DNA of 64,000 bases, from NCBI RefSeq assembly GCF_028641065.1, contig NC_073379.1, forward strand, positions 14,508,001 to 14,572,000, in the 5' to 3' direction. Positions 24,803 to 38,400 of this stretch are shown one piece after another. This DNA is from Leucoraja erinacea. Its lineage: Eukaryota. Each line of letters begins with the position of its first letter. The stretch's first letter is position 1. The position numbers were made by a program, and so were the translations under genes. Under the pieces are notes generated by a model, which saw only the letters and a list, made by a program, of their open reading frames with translations, made no database searches and was not told the DNA's origin.

Positions 24803-27800
24803 TGCCAAGTTGATGACAGGCCATGTCAAAGTGAGTGATATATGAAGTCTGAAACAAATTGTTGAAATTTTCCAATTCTGAACATGACGCTGCCCAAACA
24901 CTGTAATGAGTAGAGTTGCTAGATTTCATCTGAAAATTAATGTTCAGTTCAGTTTATTGTCACGTGTACCGAGGTACAGTGAAACGCTTTTGTTGAGTGC
25001 TAACCAGTCAACAGAAAGCCAATACATTACAATCGATCCATATATAGTGTATAGATAGATACAAGATAAGGGAGTTTAAGAAGATCATAGTTAAAGTAAG
25101 AAATGTTGCTGTAGGAATAGAGATTTAAGAGAGTGGAGCGATTGTAATAAGAGTTTGTAGATCTGCCGCTATGGCTGACATGCAAATAGTCGCCTGGGTT
25201 GGTCACCATCTTGGAAGCAAATAAGACAGTGCTCAAATGGAATGTATATATATTATGCATTTATTAGAAGATTTAAAAGAAACAAGATACATTCATAGAC
25301 TTTGCATTATGAAAATCAGAAATAATTTGTATTTTTATTAAAACTCAATTCTTAGAAGAGTTCACAAACTTGTTAAAATGAGCAAAAGGGAGCTTAAAAA
25401 GGCTACCACTGCGTAAGGAAGCAAGAACCAGCTTGCTAAATATGAAAAACAAGAGATTATAGGTATCGGATACATTTATTGTCGTTTCATTCAAATAGCT
25501 TTTAAATAGCATTACTGATCTCCAATGCCTACATATAACTCCACTTACAGTACGTTCATTCAGCTTATTAGTTATGTCTGACTTGTATTCATATAATTAA
25601 TGTGCATAGATGGTTTAATAAAACTGCGCATTGAGGAATGGACAAGAATTCCAATTATAAATGTTTACATATCATTGGCAAAACTGAAAATTCAGGTTCC
25701 TTTTATCAATTGCCTTCACAGCTGGTTTTATCTTTAATCAATAGAATTGAACAGAAAGAACAATAGAGGCTGGCCCATTGTGCCCAGTTAAATCAATGCT
25801 AATGTTTTTTGTGCGTAAGGCCAATGCAAGTACATTTCTCACCTGCTTATTGCTGTGAAGCAGACCAGGTAACCTGCGAAGCATGGGAGGATGGAAAGGG
25901 TCAGATATGATGGATAACTGAGGCTGGGCTTAGAAAAGATAGCAGGTGAATAGCAGGTGGTGATTTGGGATGTGGTAGTTGGTCATGTAATCAGAGATTA
26001 CATGTATTCGGTTGGTCAGATGGTTTGTGAGCAAACATATAACACTCTTCATGGCCATACTGGACAAACTGCTTGGTCAGACTAGTTAAAGCTTAGAATA
26101 TTTAGCAGAAACCAGTTCAAGTTCACCAGTTAACACCTGCCTATGAATGAATGGCTCCTGCCATTTGTATCAGATTTGCAAATATATTTTGCAAAAATGA
26201 TCTAAAACATGTCGGGTGAGATATTTGAGGTCACTGTGCAATTCCAGTGGCTTCTGAAGCAACAAATAATCTACTGGAGGTATACAAGTCCTGATGTACG
26301 ATTTCAAGTTGAAACATGGATAATTCCTTTCCCCCAACAGATTCTGCTCGACCTGCTGAATTAATTCCTCCGGCAGATTGTTTGTTACTCCAGATCCCAG
26401 CCTCTGCAGTCTCTTGTGTCTCCCAATGACTTCTATGTGTATTAAGCAACATGCTTGAATGGATGTGAACCAGGCACCAAAGACCTAATCATATCTTATG
26501 CCGAGTCATTTTAGATTAAAATGACCCAGCGTTAGGTCAAAAAAGAAATAATTCTGCTCCATATTCTTTTTCTTACTATCGGATGAAATAACTTCCATCT
26601 TTACATTATTGAGCATTTGTATGTTAGCCAGCAAGTTGTTCCCAAATGTGTACCATGTAATCATCTAATTTTAATTCTAACATGCTTCTGAATGCATACC
26701 ATTTATTTCTGCAATAGCCTTTTTAACAATGTACTATTGAAGGGAATGGGGCAAATATTATTCTGAACATATTTCAAATAAATATTCACATTTACACGTG
26801 ATTCAATTATCTGTGATGAGTGGATAATATATCAGATCTGTATCAGGCAGGATGTTTAGTAGATGATCTTACTTCATGAAATAAGCATCGGCACAAACCT
26901 ATTTTTTTCTACCATTACCCATTCTTGACCTAATCATACAGCAAAGATCACACAAGAAATCAGAGCAAGTGGAGGCAATTTAGACTCTTGTGCTCAACTC
27001 TGCCTTTCAATTAGGTCATCACTTTCCTGTATCAACCCCATAATCACTTGATTCCCTCAACATTTATCTACAAATGTATTGATTTTAGTTGTGAAAACAT
27101 TGAGCAATGAGCTTCAACAACCCTCTTTGTTAGAGAATTCCAGAAATTATCTACTCGCTGGGTAGTCGATTGTAGTAAATTAAACAACTCAAACTTGCCT
27201 ACAAGCAAAACAAACTTTGATGTGAGTATCACAATCGTTCTTTAGACCACGTATTCTTTGCAAATAAGTTAGGCAATAGACTCTAAGTGAAGGTAAGTTA
27301 TGCCCTTCAACGAAAGCTAGAATCGTCTGCACCCATCATCAACGCATTAAGATTCTGTGTTGAAAAAAACCTCAGTCAGAAGCAAGAATTTTGACAGTTC
27401 CACTGAGCATTTATGTTCTCCTTGTCCAGCTACTCCATAAAATCCACTGCACTGACCAAGCACGACTTTGGCTGGTTACCTCCAAAACAGAATATGAATT
27501 AGACCAACTGTGGCTGAGTAGGAGTAAGATTGCCACTGGGTTAGAAGAGCACTGAAATTCTAAAGTTGTTGTACTAATCTATATCTTCAACCATAATCAC
27601 TGGAGTAGATTATAAATTAAAACAGAAAATGCCAGAAATGTTCAGCAGTTTTAACAATGGGTCTTCAAACTCACGATTAATTCTGATTCTCTTCCCACAA
27701 ATGCTGCCTGATGGCTCATTGCTTCTAGCATTTTCTGTTTCATTTCCAGCATTTTTGGTTTTATTTGCAGCATTTTTGCAGTTTTTAATTTTCATTTACT

Positions 27801-29109
27801 GAAATTGAATATCTATTTTTTAACAAAAAATATGTTTGTGGGACTGTCCTCAAGGAGAGAAGGCAGGAGAATGGGGGTGAGGAGGAAAAGTAGATCAACC
27901 CTGATTGAATGGCGGAGTAGACTCGATGGGCCAAATGGCCCAATTCTGCTCCCATCACTTATGAGCTCAGTCTGAAGAAGGGTGTTGACCCAAAACGTCA
28001 CCCATTCCTTCTTTCCAGAGATTTTGCATGTCCCGCTGAATTACTCCAGCATTTTGTGTCTATTTTCTACAGTATCTACAGTTCCTTCCTACAACTTATG
28101 AACTTATGATTATTGACCTGAAAATGTGACTTTTGATTTTCTCTGTGTTGCCTAACCTGCTGAGTATTTCTGGCATTATCTGTGACTCTATAGATGCAAG
28201 TCTTTCTTACTTCCTTTATTTCTATACCACAAGTTAGATTTATCCTCAGTTGCTGGAAAGCTGATTTTTTTTTAGATTTTTAAAAATGTATGTATTTATA
28301 ATTACAAACAAGCATCTTTCATGGGAATATTTCAAACCTATAAAAACAATCATAATTGATCTACTTTTGGAAACATTCATTTGCTTGGAAAATACTTGAA
28401 TTTATAAACTGACTGGATCTGAACTTGTAGAAATAGGGCAGGCAGCACAAGGCTTGAGTTGTAAGGTAATGTATTAACTTCATTGATGTGATTAAAGGAT
28501 TGTGTACGAAATAAATTAAATTTGAGCTCTGGAAAGAGAAGTGGAAAGAGAGAACAAGATTGTATTTTGAGCAAGAGGAAATGAAAAGGGGTGAAAAAAG
28601 TCATAATCTCACGTTTTCTGTTTCGGATCAAAGTGGTTGATTGACGGTCATCAACAATTATTTTGTTGGCAATACTTTCACCGATTAATAATAAAATTTA
28701 ACTCACTGGGATATATTCTGTGGTTAGTTTATTTAAAATCCAGTAAATTCTTAGGAATTATAGGTAACAAGGAGAAAATGCTCTATGCATTAACAATATT
28801 GAACAGCAAGTTCTGGAGACTTAGAACTTGTGTTGAATATGTTAACGTAAAATTATTGGGTGGTTTGGACATTAATACTGGTTAACATTCCATTATTGTT
28901 TTATTAACTCTAGTCTGTTATCTAAAACTCATCAATCAACCTTTCTATGGTAACTTGCAAGGTACTGCACACAAAAATAAAACCTTTCTGAGAAACATTA
29001 CCCATTCTTTTTCTCCAGAGATGTTGCCTCCCCCGCTGAGTTACTCCAGCACTTTGTGTCCATCATCGATATATACCAGCATCTGCAGTTCCTTCCTACA
29101 CATTTTGGC

Positions 29110-31976
29110 CCTTTTATTGTTTGATATTTTCCCCTTTCTCTGCAAAAGGCAGGAATTTGTGCTGGATTGTAATTTGAAATAGCTGCCGCTGGTTTTCTGA
29201 CATCTAATTAAAGTAAGCATACTTAAATATATGATCCTGGACAGAGCGGGTGAGTTTTTCAAACAAAAGGACATCACAGTAAATCCCAAGCCCTTGTTCA
29301 TCCAAAAATAACATGTGTACACTTCTAGACTGCAATTGGCTAGTTTGTTCGTTGCTAATCAATTGATCCAAACCCGATTGCATTAATCAAAGATGCTGCC
29401 CTTCCTTTGACAGATTAACAATGCATTGTGTAAGAATTGGAACTGAAACTTTTCTCGACTGTTTGTTTTGAGATTGCCAGGTCAATAAGTTGTTAGAAGA
29501 GTTACAGGCAGAGAGTTGTGTAGTGTAATTTTTACAATAGCTGACTTTTTGTCGTACTCCATAACTGATCAGTAATTTTTGAATTGGATTTGTTAAATCA
29601 CAAAGTGTTAGCCTTTCCCCCCCCCCACACTCTATTATTAAAATGCTCTAGATAAACATGTTAGTTCAAATTAATGCAACAGTTAACCATATAGCTGTTA
29701 ATCTCTTATTCTTAGTATTCCATGCAGATTTTACATGTGACGCTGTCAAGATTATAAAAACGTCTGCTACATAAAAGATTTATACATATTTTCTGAACAA
29801 GACAACATAAAAAATTATTACAAATACATTCCTGCCAAACAACATTCAAATTTAGCAAGTGCACCTCCGCCACAGTTTTAAAAAAATCATTAAAATAACA
29901 CAGAAAGTTCTATAAAGAAATGTTAGGTATGTGTCACAGTACGTCACCAGCCCTGCACTTTGTAAAAAATTATAAATGAAATTATATAACTTTTTAGGAA
30001 GCATTATTACTCTAAAAAAAGACAAATAATGATACCTGTGATTTTTATGTACTATAGAGTCCATATTCTGGCCCAACAATTTAAACAAAGGCAAACTAAA
30101 TATCTTTACTATATATTGCTGATTTTATGTTGAGTTTTGAAGTTGACCATGCTCATGGTGACAATGTCGTGACTTTGCCAACATGAGGCACTAAGGCAAG
30201 TCACTTGTTCAACAGTAGATGCATTATTTATCAGACGAAGAACATGAGTATCTTATAAAATATTAAACAAATGTTTCCAATTACAATGGCTGCATTTTAT
30301 TACAAATTGCCTAGCAAAAGGAATAAAATATTCAAAAGATTATTTATCCAAGAATGTAGATGTGTTATATCCATTTCCCTTCTAAATCCAAATATAAAAG
30401 AATCTAAGTATTTTGAGTATAATTATATACAAATGATTGCAATGTTTATAGATACAAATGTTTTTAGATAATAATTTTTCATTGTGAAAACCAAACAGGC
30501 ACAATAGAGGCACATTTTATTTTTAACGATAGCCTTGATAAAATATATCTATGCTATATTAGCATGTGAACTGTTAATTTTTGGCAATGGGATAGTTAAA
30601 GGATTTTATCTATTTAAAGCAAAATAATCTGACCTGAAACACTACAAGATAGAAAAACACTTCCAGTTTTGCTTGACCAGGTGACTTGGTGAAACTCTAG
30701 ATGCCATTTATTTAAATTCTGAAATAATACAAGTACATTTGAAGAAGACAAATTCCAGGCACTCCCAGTTTAACAAAAAACATAATACCACGCCCAATGC
30801 TGCACCCAAAAATATCTACCATGTGAAACTGTAGACCAGTACCTAAATTCCCAATTGTCCGACTATGTCAATTCTTTCTGCCCTTTAGACAGTTGTTTTA
30901 TTGCATGTTTACTAACAGTTTTAAGTTCACAGAAGGAGATGGCACTTATTCCAATGAATGGTAGATCATTTTAATTTTACAGTGATTAGTGATAATTCCA
31001 CTGTGCAGGAATATGATCATTAATTACACTGTAAACAGAAGTAACTGCATTTAATTTACCCAGCGGTATTCATTACTTTGTAATGAAAGGGTAGATTATG
31101 CATGAATCACTAAATGGTCTGCAGCAGTGTTCCAGAGTTAATTGAAAGGCTATCAAGAACAGTGTGACCATACAACAATAGTTCCAAGGTGGTTGTTCAC
31201 TTGTGTGAAATAGTATCTCAAAAGCACTTGTGAACTCACTTACCAATTGTGAGAATTAAAATAATAAAATATCATCCATTTAGGCTGACCAATATCGTCC
31301 TCAGAAAATATTTGTTTGTATGGCACAAGAAACAACAGAATCATACAGGTTGTAAACCTGTTCAGGTTCACAAGTACAACTTGTATATCTGCTAATGATC
31401 TGCCAACAGATTTTTTTGCATTAGCTAATTTTACAATTAGCACAACTTTGTAATTTGTAAAGTTTTCAGCTTAGTGTAGAAGCAAAGTGAAGGCAAATGG
31501 TTAATGCTGGCTCTTCCATTGTATATATTTATAACTGTTTGATATACATTATACATTTTTACATTTTCAGCATAGCTACTGATCACTGGTTTGACTTCAT
31601 TAAAGTCTAAATAAAATCATGTCTTCAAAAACATTTATTTAAAATTTCCTGAATATTGCAGGTTTCAAAAAAATTAAACAGTGTTGAAAATCACATCAGT
31701 GCTAATTTAACATAATAAAAATACAACTTATTCTCCCCAATATGATGTTTTTTTCTAAAAGAAAGTGCATTTAAAATTGTGTAGTAAGAATTTCCTCAAA
31801 ACAATTACCAAAAAAGGCAGAAGGCAGAATATAATTTTTTTTCATATTCTTGAAAATATTCTTTGTCCATCATTTTTCTCATGCGTGCCTTGCAGTTTGT
31901 GACTGAAGGCAAGTATAAATGTACCATCAAAACAAATGCCATGTCTTCAGTGAGACAAAATTTACTGATGGAAATG
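29110..31976 (-). other. FCHO2: Probable long FCHO2 3' UTR (3' end uncertain)
   Basis: About 2.9 kb of AT-rich sequence with no recognisable repeats after the stop codon. Minus-strand AATAAA near 31635, 30897, 30516 and 29113. Confidence 0.55.
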
Positions 31977-31999
31977 TCAGCAGTCTGCCATGTACCGAC
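31977..31999 (-). CDS. FCHO2: FCHO2 last coding exon (GRYMADC*)
   Basis: tttaacag|GT CGG TAC ATG GCA GAC TGC TGA; phase matches the preceding exon; human C-terminus is GRYLADC. Confidence 0.92.
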
Positions 32000-32834
32000 C
32001 TGTTAAAGAGGCAAAGAAAACAATCAACTTCACGTAACATCCTCGAATTATTCTATATGGAATAATATGCTTTAGAATTAAAATGAAAATTCCATGTTGA
32101 AGAAGTCCAATAGACAGTTGTGCTGTCATATGGTAAACTCATTTCTAATTATTGTTGGACCAAATGTCATCATTGAAACGGCAAGATACCTAAATGGAAC
32201 CAGATTTATCTTGTAAAATTAGGAAGTTTTGAATGTAATATTTGTTAATGATATACAGCAGGGAAACAAGCCATTCAGCACAGCTTGTTTTTGACGACCA
32301 ATATGCCTCATCTAAGCTCATACAATTTGCCTACATTTGGCTCATAATCGCTCTAAACCGTTCCTATCCATGTACCTGTCCAAATGTCTTTTAAATATAT
32401 TATTATACCTGCCTCAACTTCTTCCTCTGGCTGCTTGTTCCTAATACTCACCACCCTCAGTTTGAAAAAATCTTTTCAAATATTTCCCTTCTTATCTTAA
32501 ACCTATGCACACAATATCTTGATTCCCATACTGCGGGATAAAGATTTGCCTTCAACCTACATATCATGATTTTTTATACACCTCCATAAGATCATCCCTC
32601 AGCTTCCGGCATTACAAGGCCAGAATAAAAAGCTTGCCCCACCTCTCCCAATAGCTCGGATCCTCGAGTTCTAAAAACATTCTCGCAAATCTTCTCTCCA
32701 TTTCTTCCAGCTTAATGACATCCTTCCTGTAGCAGTGCAACAAAAACTGAACATAATACTCCAAATGCAACCTCACGTACATCTTGTATAACTGTTGAAC
32801 ATAACACCCCAATAATCAATTCCCTGACTGATGA

Positions 32835-33588
32835 ACGCCAACAACCTGGAGCTCAATGCTCTTAAGACAGTGGAATTGATAGTAGACATTAGGAGAGCTC
32901 CCCCTCCCCTCACTCACCATCAACAACACCAGTCACATCTGTGGAGTCTTTTAAGTTCCTTGGAACCATCATCTCCAAGGTCCTTAAATGAGGGGCCACC
33001 ATTGACTCCACAGTCAAAAAGGCCCAACAGAGGATGTACTGCCTGCAGCAGCAGAGGAAACACAATCTACCACAGGCAATGATGGTCCAATTCTACACTG
33101 CCATCGTAGAGTCTGTCCTCACCTTCTCCATCATGGTCTGGTTTGGCTCGGCCACCAAGCACGACATCCGAAGGCTGCAGCGAATCGTTCGATAAGCTGA
33201 GAAGGTTGTTGGCTGCAACCTCCTCCCCCATTGACGAACTGTACACTGCAAGGGCCAGGAAGCGAGCAGGTAAGATCATCTCTGACCCTCTCACCCTGGA
33301 CACAGACTCTTTGAAGCACTTCCCTCTGCAAGGCGATTCCGGACTATCAAAGCCACCACAGCCAGACATAAAAACAGCATTTTTCCACGAGCAGTAGCTC
33401 TACTCAATAACCAAAGGTCTGTAGCCTCCTTTTGCTCAAATATTTTATTTCATTCACATGTTTAAACTATAACGTTTTATTCTTAATGTTTTACTCTTAA
33501 TTGTTTACTGTATGTTGTGTTGTTACTTGCGAGCGGAGCACCAAGGCAAATTCCTAGGATGTACATACTCGGCCAATAAACGTATTCT
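32835..33588 (+). mobile_element. Rex1/Babar-L2-like LINE 3' fragment inserted in an old CR1
   Basis: NNLELNALKTVELIVD...; tail GCCAATAAACGTATTC. Confidence 0.75.
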
Positions 33589-33620
33589 TATCTACCTGTG
33601 AAGCCACTTTCAAGGAACTA

Positions 33621-35419
33621 CTAGACAAAGTGGGACCCGTTGGGAGGCCTGGTCTCCCAACGCAACCTATTCCCCAACGCAATATTCCACCACTCACCCG
33701 TTCCCCCAACGCAATATTCCACCACTCACCCATACCCCTTAACTGCTCAGGCTTGGCTCATTTCCCTTCAATCCCCAGCACTCCCCCTCCTCTTCATGTG
33801 TGGGAGGGGAAGGGGAGTGGGAGTGGGAAGTGGGGTGTGTGACGGTGGGAGATGGGGGGTGGGGGGAGGGGAGGTGTGTATGTGGGAACGAGAGGAGGAG
33901 GGGGGAGGGAGGGGGAAGGGAGGGATGTGGGAGGTGAGGTGGGGGCGATGGGGGTTGTGTGGGGGAGGGGGTGGGAGGGGTGGGTAGGGGGGAGGGGGGC
34001 GATGGGGGTTGTGGGGGGAAGGAGGGGTCTGAGGGCAGGGGGGTTGTGGAGGGGAGGGGTGTGTGGGGGGGGAGTGGAAGGGGGGTGTGTGGGGGGAGGG
34101 GGTGTGCGGGGAGGGGGGTGTGGGGGGAGGGAGGAGTGTGCGTGGGGGGCAGGGGGGGGAGTGTGTGGGGGGGGTGGAGGGAGAGAGCTCAGAGAAAAGA
34201 GGGAGGAAGAGCCATGGGGGAGAGAGGGGGGGTATCATGGGGGAGGGGGCAGGAGCCAGCAAGGGGGACCAGAGGGGAAGGGGCTGGAGCTGGCGCTGGC
34301 GCTGCGATGGGGACACAGTGGGCGCTGGTCGTTTTCTGCCGGGATCAGAGTCTCCGCTTTCCGTGTGGCAACATCGGCGACATCTCTGACTCCGCGCCGG
34401 GCCGCTTCCGGTCCCTCCGAAAAGTGGTTGGAGACCTCCGATGGCCATCCAGAGCCTCCATCAGCTCCAGTAAAGACGCGATGGCGCAGGAAGGGGCGGA
34501 CCGTCCCGGGCAGTGACAGAAGAGACTAATCCACACGGCATTGACTGGCGGGAGAGGAGATCGATCTGCACGCTCACGGTTTTTAAGATTTTTAAACCTC
34601 GTTAACTTTTACAATATGCCACCGATCGGAACAAAACTTGTTGCACTTGTTGGGGGGGGGGGGGGGGGTGTGGGGGGGGGGGAGGGGGGGTGAGCTCGGG
34701 GAAAGACGGGGGTGGTGGGGGGGGGGGAGGGAGTGAGCTCGGAGAGAAAGACGGGGGAAGAGCCATGGGGAAGGGGGGGGATCACAGGGGGGAGGAGGGG
34801 TAGCCAGGGGGGAGGAGCGAGGTGGACCAGAGGGGTAGTGGCGGGAATGGGCAGTGAGGTGGGGACTCACAGAGGGCGCTGGTCATTGGTTGTTCTCCTC
34901 CGCAGGGATCAGAGTCTCTGCTTTCCGTTTGGCGACATCAGCGACTCCGAGCTGGGTCTCCGACTCTGGACTGGGCTGGGTCTCTGACTGGGCTGGGTCT
35001 CTGACTCTGGGCTGGGCCTCCGATGCTGGGCTGCATGTGTCTGGGCAGGGCGGGGCTGGGCTGCTTCGAGTCCCTCCAAAAATTGTGTCCAATTTAAAAC
35101 CTCCACTGGCCATCCTCAGCTCCAGTAAAGATGCGATGGCGCAGGAAGGGGCGGACCGTTCCGGTGAGTGACAGGGGAAGAGACTAATCCGCACGGCGCG
35201 CTGAACGGCGGGAGAAGAGATCCATCTGCGCACGAGCCGTTTTTAAGATTTTTTAAACCTTGCACTCACAGCACAGGAGAACGGTGAGTCAACTGGAGAA
35301 CGGTGAGTGAACTGGCGAACAATCGTAGCGCTATCGCAAACCGTTTTTGAGCAAATAGAAAGACTGCACAAACCGGAAGATAACAAGATCAGAGTTTCAG
35401 TTATGTATAGATAGATAGA
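33621..35419 (-). mobile_element. Non-autonomous Helitron with G-rich and duplicated GC-rich interior
   Basis: Minus strand runs A|TCTAT...CTAG|T with subterminal hairpin CGTTGGGAG/CTCCCAACG. Removing it restores continuous CR1 sequence tcaaggaacta|tgtacttgtac with no TSD. Confidence 0.85.
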
Positions 35420-36089
35420 TGTACTTGTACTCCTAGATCACTCTGCTCTACATCACTCCCAGGGTCCTATAATCCGCGACCCCTGATGATTCATATATCT
35501 TAGCCAGGTCTCGTGCAATTTCTTCTCTAGCTTTTCAGTGTCCAGTGCAGGCATATTGGTGCCCCTCCAATTCAGGTGCAACCCGTTCCTCTTGTACCGG
35601 TCACCCCTGCTTCAAGAGAGATATCAAAGGTTGGAAAATCTGAATCCCTGCCCCAACTTCTCAGCTACATATTCACCTGTCCTATTTTCTTATTCCTACA
35701 CTCACTAGCATGCGGAACCAAGAGTAATCTGGAGATCACTAACCTTGAAGTCCAGCTTTTTAAGCTTCTACCCAACTCCCTATAATTACTGTTATTAAAA
35801 AAAAATGGTTCCATTAAAATCATACTCTATTACAGTGTTACTGTCATCAGTTTGGCTAACTGCAGGAACCAATTTCTGGTAATTGGATAAGAAGCAGAGT
35901 TCATTGCTTTACAAACTGATGCTTAGACCAAACACTATAAGGTCCAAATCAAAAACCTAAACCTAGGATGCCGCAGTATTGCCTCGACAATAAAATTAAC
36001 AAATTTTATTTAGACAAAATATTTGAGCACACTGCCAGCAGATTGTTAATGAAATGCCCTCTTTAACTACCAGTATTTAAAATTACTCT

Positions 36090-36600
36090 GGGGCTGTAGA
36101 AAGCATCATGTCCGGCAACATCACAATCTGGTTTGGGAACTGCTCGGCCCAAGCCTGGAAGGCTCCGCAGAGAGTAGTGCGTTCGGCCGAACGCACTATG
36201 GGAACTACACTCGCCCCCCTGCAGGACCTATACATCAGAAGGTGCAGATCCAGAGCCAGCAGTATTATGGGGAACCCCTAACCACCCCAGCAATGGTCTG
36301 TTCCAGCTGCTACTGTCAGGCAAATGTCTCCGCTGTCATGCTGTGAAAACAGAGAGGATGAGACGGAGTTTCTTCCCACAGGCCATCAGGACTGTAAACT
36401 CTTAATTAACCAGGGATTAATTTACTGTACTAATTTACTATTGTGTTGTGTCTTTTAAATATTTTTTTTCTAACATGTAAATACTGATTCTGTTCTATTC
36501 TGTTCTGTAGTTTTTGCACAATCCGCAGGCATTGCCACTTTCATTTCACTGCACATCTTGTATGTGTATGTGACAAATAAAGTTGATTTGACTAGACTTG
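36090..36600 (+). mobile_element. Rex1/Babar-L2-like LINE 3' fragment
   Basis: Degenerate C-terminal ORF and tail GTGACAAATAAAGTTGATTTGACT. Confidence 0.7.
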
Positions 36601-36622
36601 AATTCTTAATAATACCTGAATA

Positions 36623-37655
36623 CAGGTGCACAACCTTTTATCCGAAAGCCTTGGGACCAGACATTTGTCGGATTTCGGACATTTTCGGATTTCAGAATGG
36701 AAGATTTTTAGCGTAGATTAGGTAGGTAGCGCGGGCGGCTTGAAAAGTCTGGAGCAGCTGCCTCCTCCCCGGAGACCGGGAGAATCATTGCATAAATGTT
36801 AGTCAGTTAGTTTGGAGGGATTTTATGTGGTGGTGGTGGTGTAGGGGTGAAGGGGGAAACTTTAATTCTTAGTCCCCTACCTACCTGGTCGGCGACTCCC
36901 AACCTCGCGGAGCTGGGGGCTCCGTCCGGCCGCGGGCGGCGCCGGTTGTAGCTCCGACCCCGGCAACTCTACCCCTGGCTGCGAGGCGCTCCAAATCCAG
37001 CGCGGCCCGCGGCGGGACGTCCCAGCTCCGAGAATGTCGGGAGTCGGCGGCGTCGCAGCGCTGGGATACCAGCGGGGAGCGAGCAATGCCTTACCGGGTC
37101 GCCGTGCGGCAAGCTCCGGAGCGCTGTGGCCGCCTTCTTCCAACATTCGCGGAGCGTCGCTGGATTTGGAGCCGCGGAGCTGGGGGCTCCGTCCGGCCGC
37201 GGGCGGCGCCGGTTGGAGCTCCGACCCCGGCAACTCTACCCCTGGCTGCGCGGCTCCAAATCCAGCGACGCTCCGCGATGTTGTGTGTCGGCGGCCACAG
37301 CGCTCCGGAGCTTACTGCACGGCGACCCGGTAAGGCATTGACCGCTCCCCGCCTCTCCGACCAAGTAGGGGACTAAGAATTAAAGTTTACCCCTTCACCA
37401 CCCCCCCCTTCACATAAAAGCCCTCCAAACTAACTGACTAACATTTAAGCAATGATTTACAGATGTTTAAGCGTCTCCCGGTCTCCAGGGAGGAGGCAGC
37501 CGCTACAGTAGTACAGACCTGGGTTGACCGTGGGTCGTTTTGGGTCAGGTTTGGCGCCAAACGCGAGCTTTGGTGCGCAGACGACATCTGGAAAAAATGG
37601 CCGGTTTTCGGAGCTTTTCGGTTTCTGGAACACCGGATAAAAGGTTGTGCACCTG
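36623..37655. mobile_element. Tc1/mariner-superfamily (pogo/Tigger-like) MITE
   Basis: Perfect 22-bp TIR CAGGTGCACAACCTTTTATCCG / CGGATAAAAGGTTGTGCACCTG flanked by TA on both sides; no transposase. Confidence 0.9.
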
Positions 37656-37745
37656 TACTAAAATTGGTGGTGTTTATTTAAACAGACCATACATTTGAAA
37701 GTACATTCTATAATTGAACAAACGTGGAAATTCTGCAGCTATTAC

Positions 37746-37910
37746 CTGTAGCAAATCTCTTCTTTATCAAAGAAAGTCTGTAGCCCGTGCCTACAAGTTC
37801 CACATCTGCTCCTGACAGTGTGGAACCTTCACTGACAAATTGGACTGCAAGTGTTGATGGTTTTGTAGGACCTTCAGAAATGTCAAATTTGGCTCGGAGA
37901 GACCCAGAAC
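37746..37910 (-). CDS. FCHO2: FCHO2 exon (165 nt)
   Basis: [55 protein letters not shown]; AG/GT boundaries, phase 1-1. Confidence 0.95.
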
Positions 37911-38335
37911 CTGCAAGAAGAGTTGTTGAATTTGCAACAATGTAAACAGCTATAATCTATTTATCTTTAAAAAAATGTTTTCTTAATGCAAAATACTATA
38001 GAAATATAAAAAAATTCCAGCAACACAGCAAAAATAGTAATTAGATGCTTTATGATTTTACACTATCTGTGAAAATTATTCCAGCATGTACATTAACTTG
38101 TATTTATTTTTGACATTTACTTTTATCATTCACTTCTTGTAAGAATCCCTCAAGTACACTGGATTAAAAAAATTGTCAATTTAATGTGATTTGAAGAATT
38201 ATATGACAAGTTTTAGAGCTTTATTCAAATTAATATTAATAATTATGAATATTGCAAAATATCCCTCTTGGTCGAAGCTGGCAACAAAGGAATTTCCGTT
38301 TCTTGATCGATGGAAGTACGTAACATATTACCTCC

Positions 38336-38400
38336 CTCCATTCTCTGACTTCTCTGAAATTTTAGGCAGTTTCCACAAGGCCTTCTTCTGTTCTGGATTC
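38336..38400 (-). pseudogene. FCHO2: Duplicated copy of the 65-nt FCHO2 exon (pseudo-exon)
   Basis: 63/65 identical to 39844-39908. Original donor GT changed to GG; upstream intron replaced by a Penelope fragment. Confidence 0.85.

Noticed and set aside
33630-35233. Long Pro-rich and Gly-rich ORFs (up to 226 aa) on both strands
   Set aside because: Products of low-complexity G-runs inside a Helitron; no domain or splice support.
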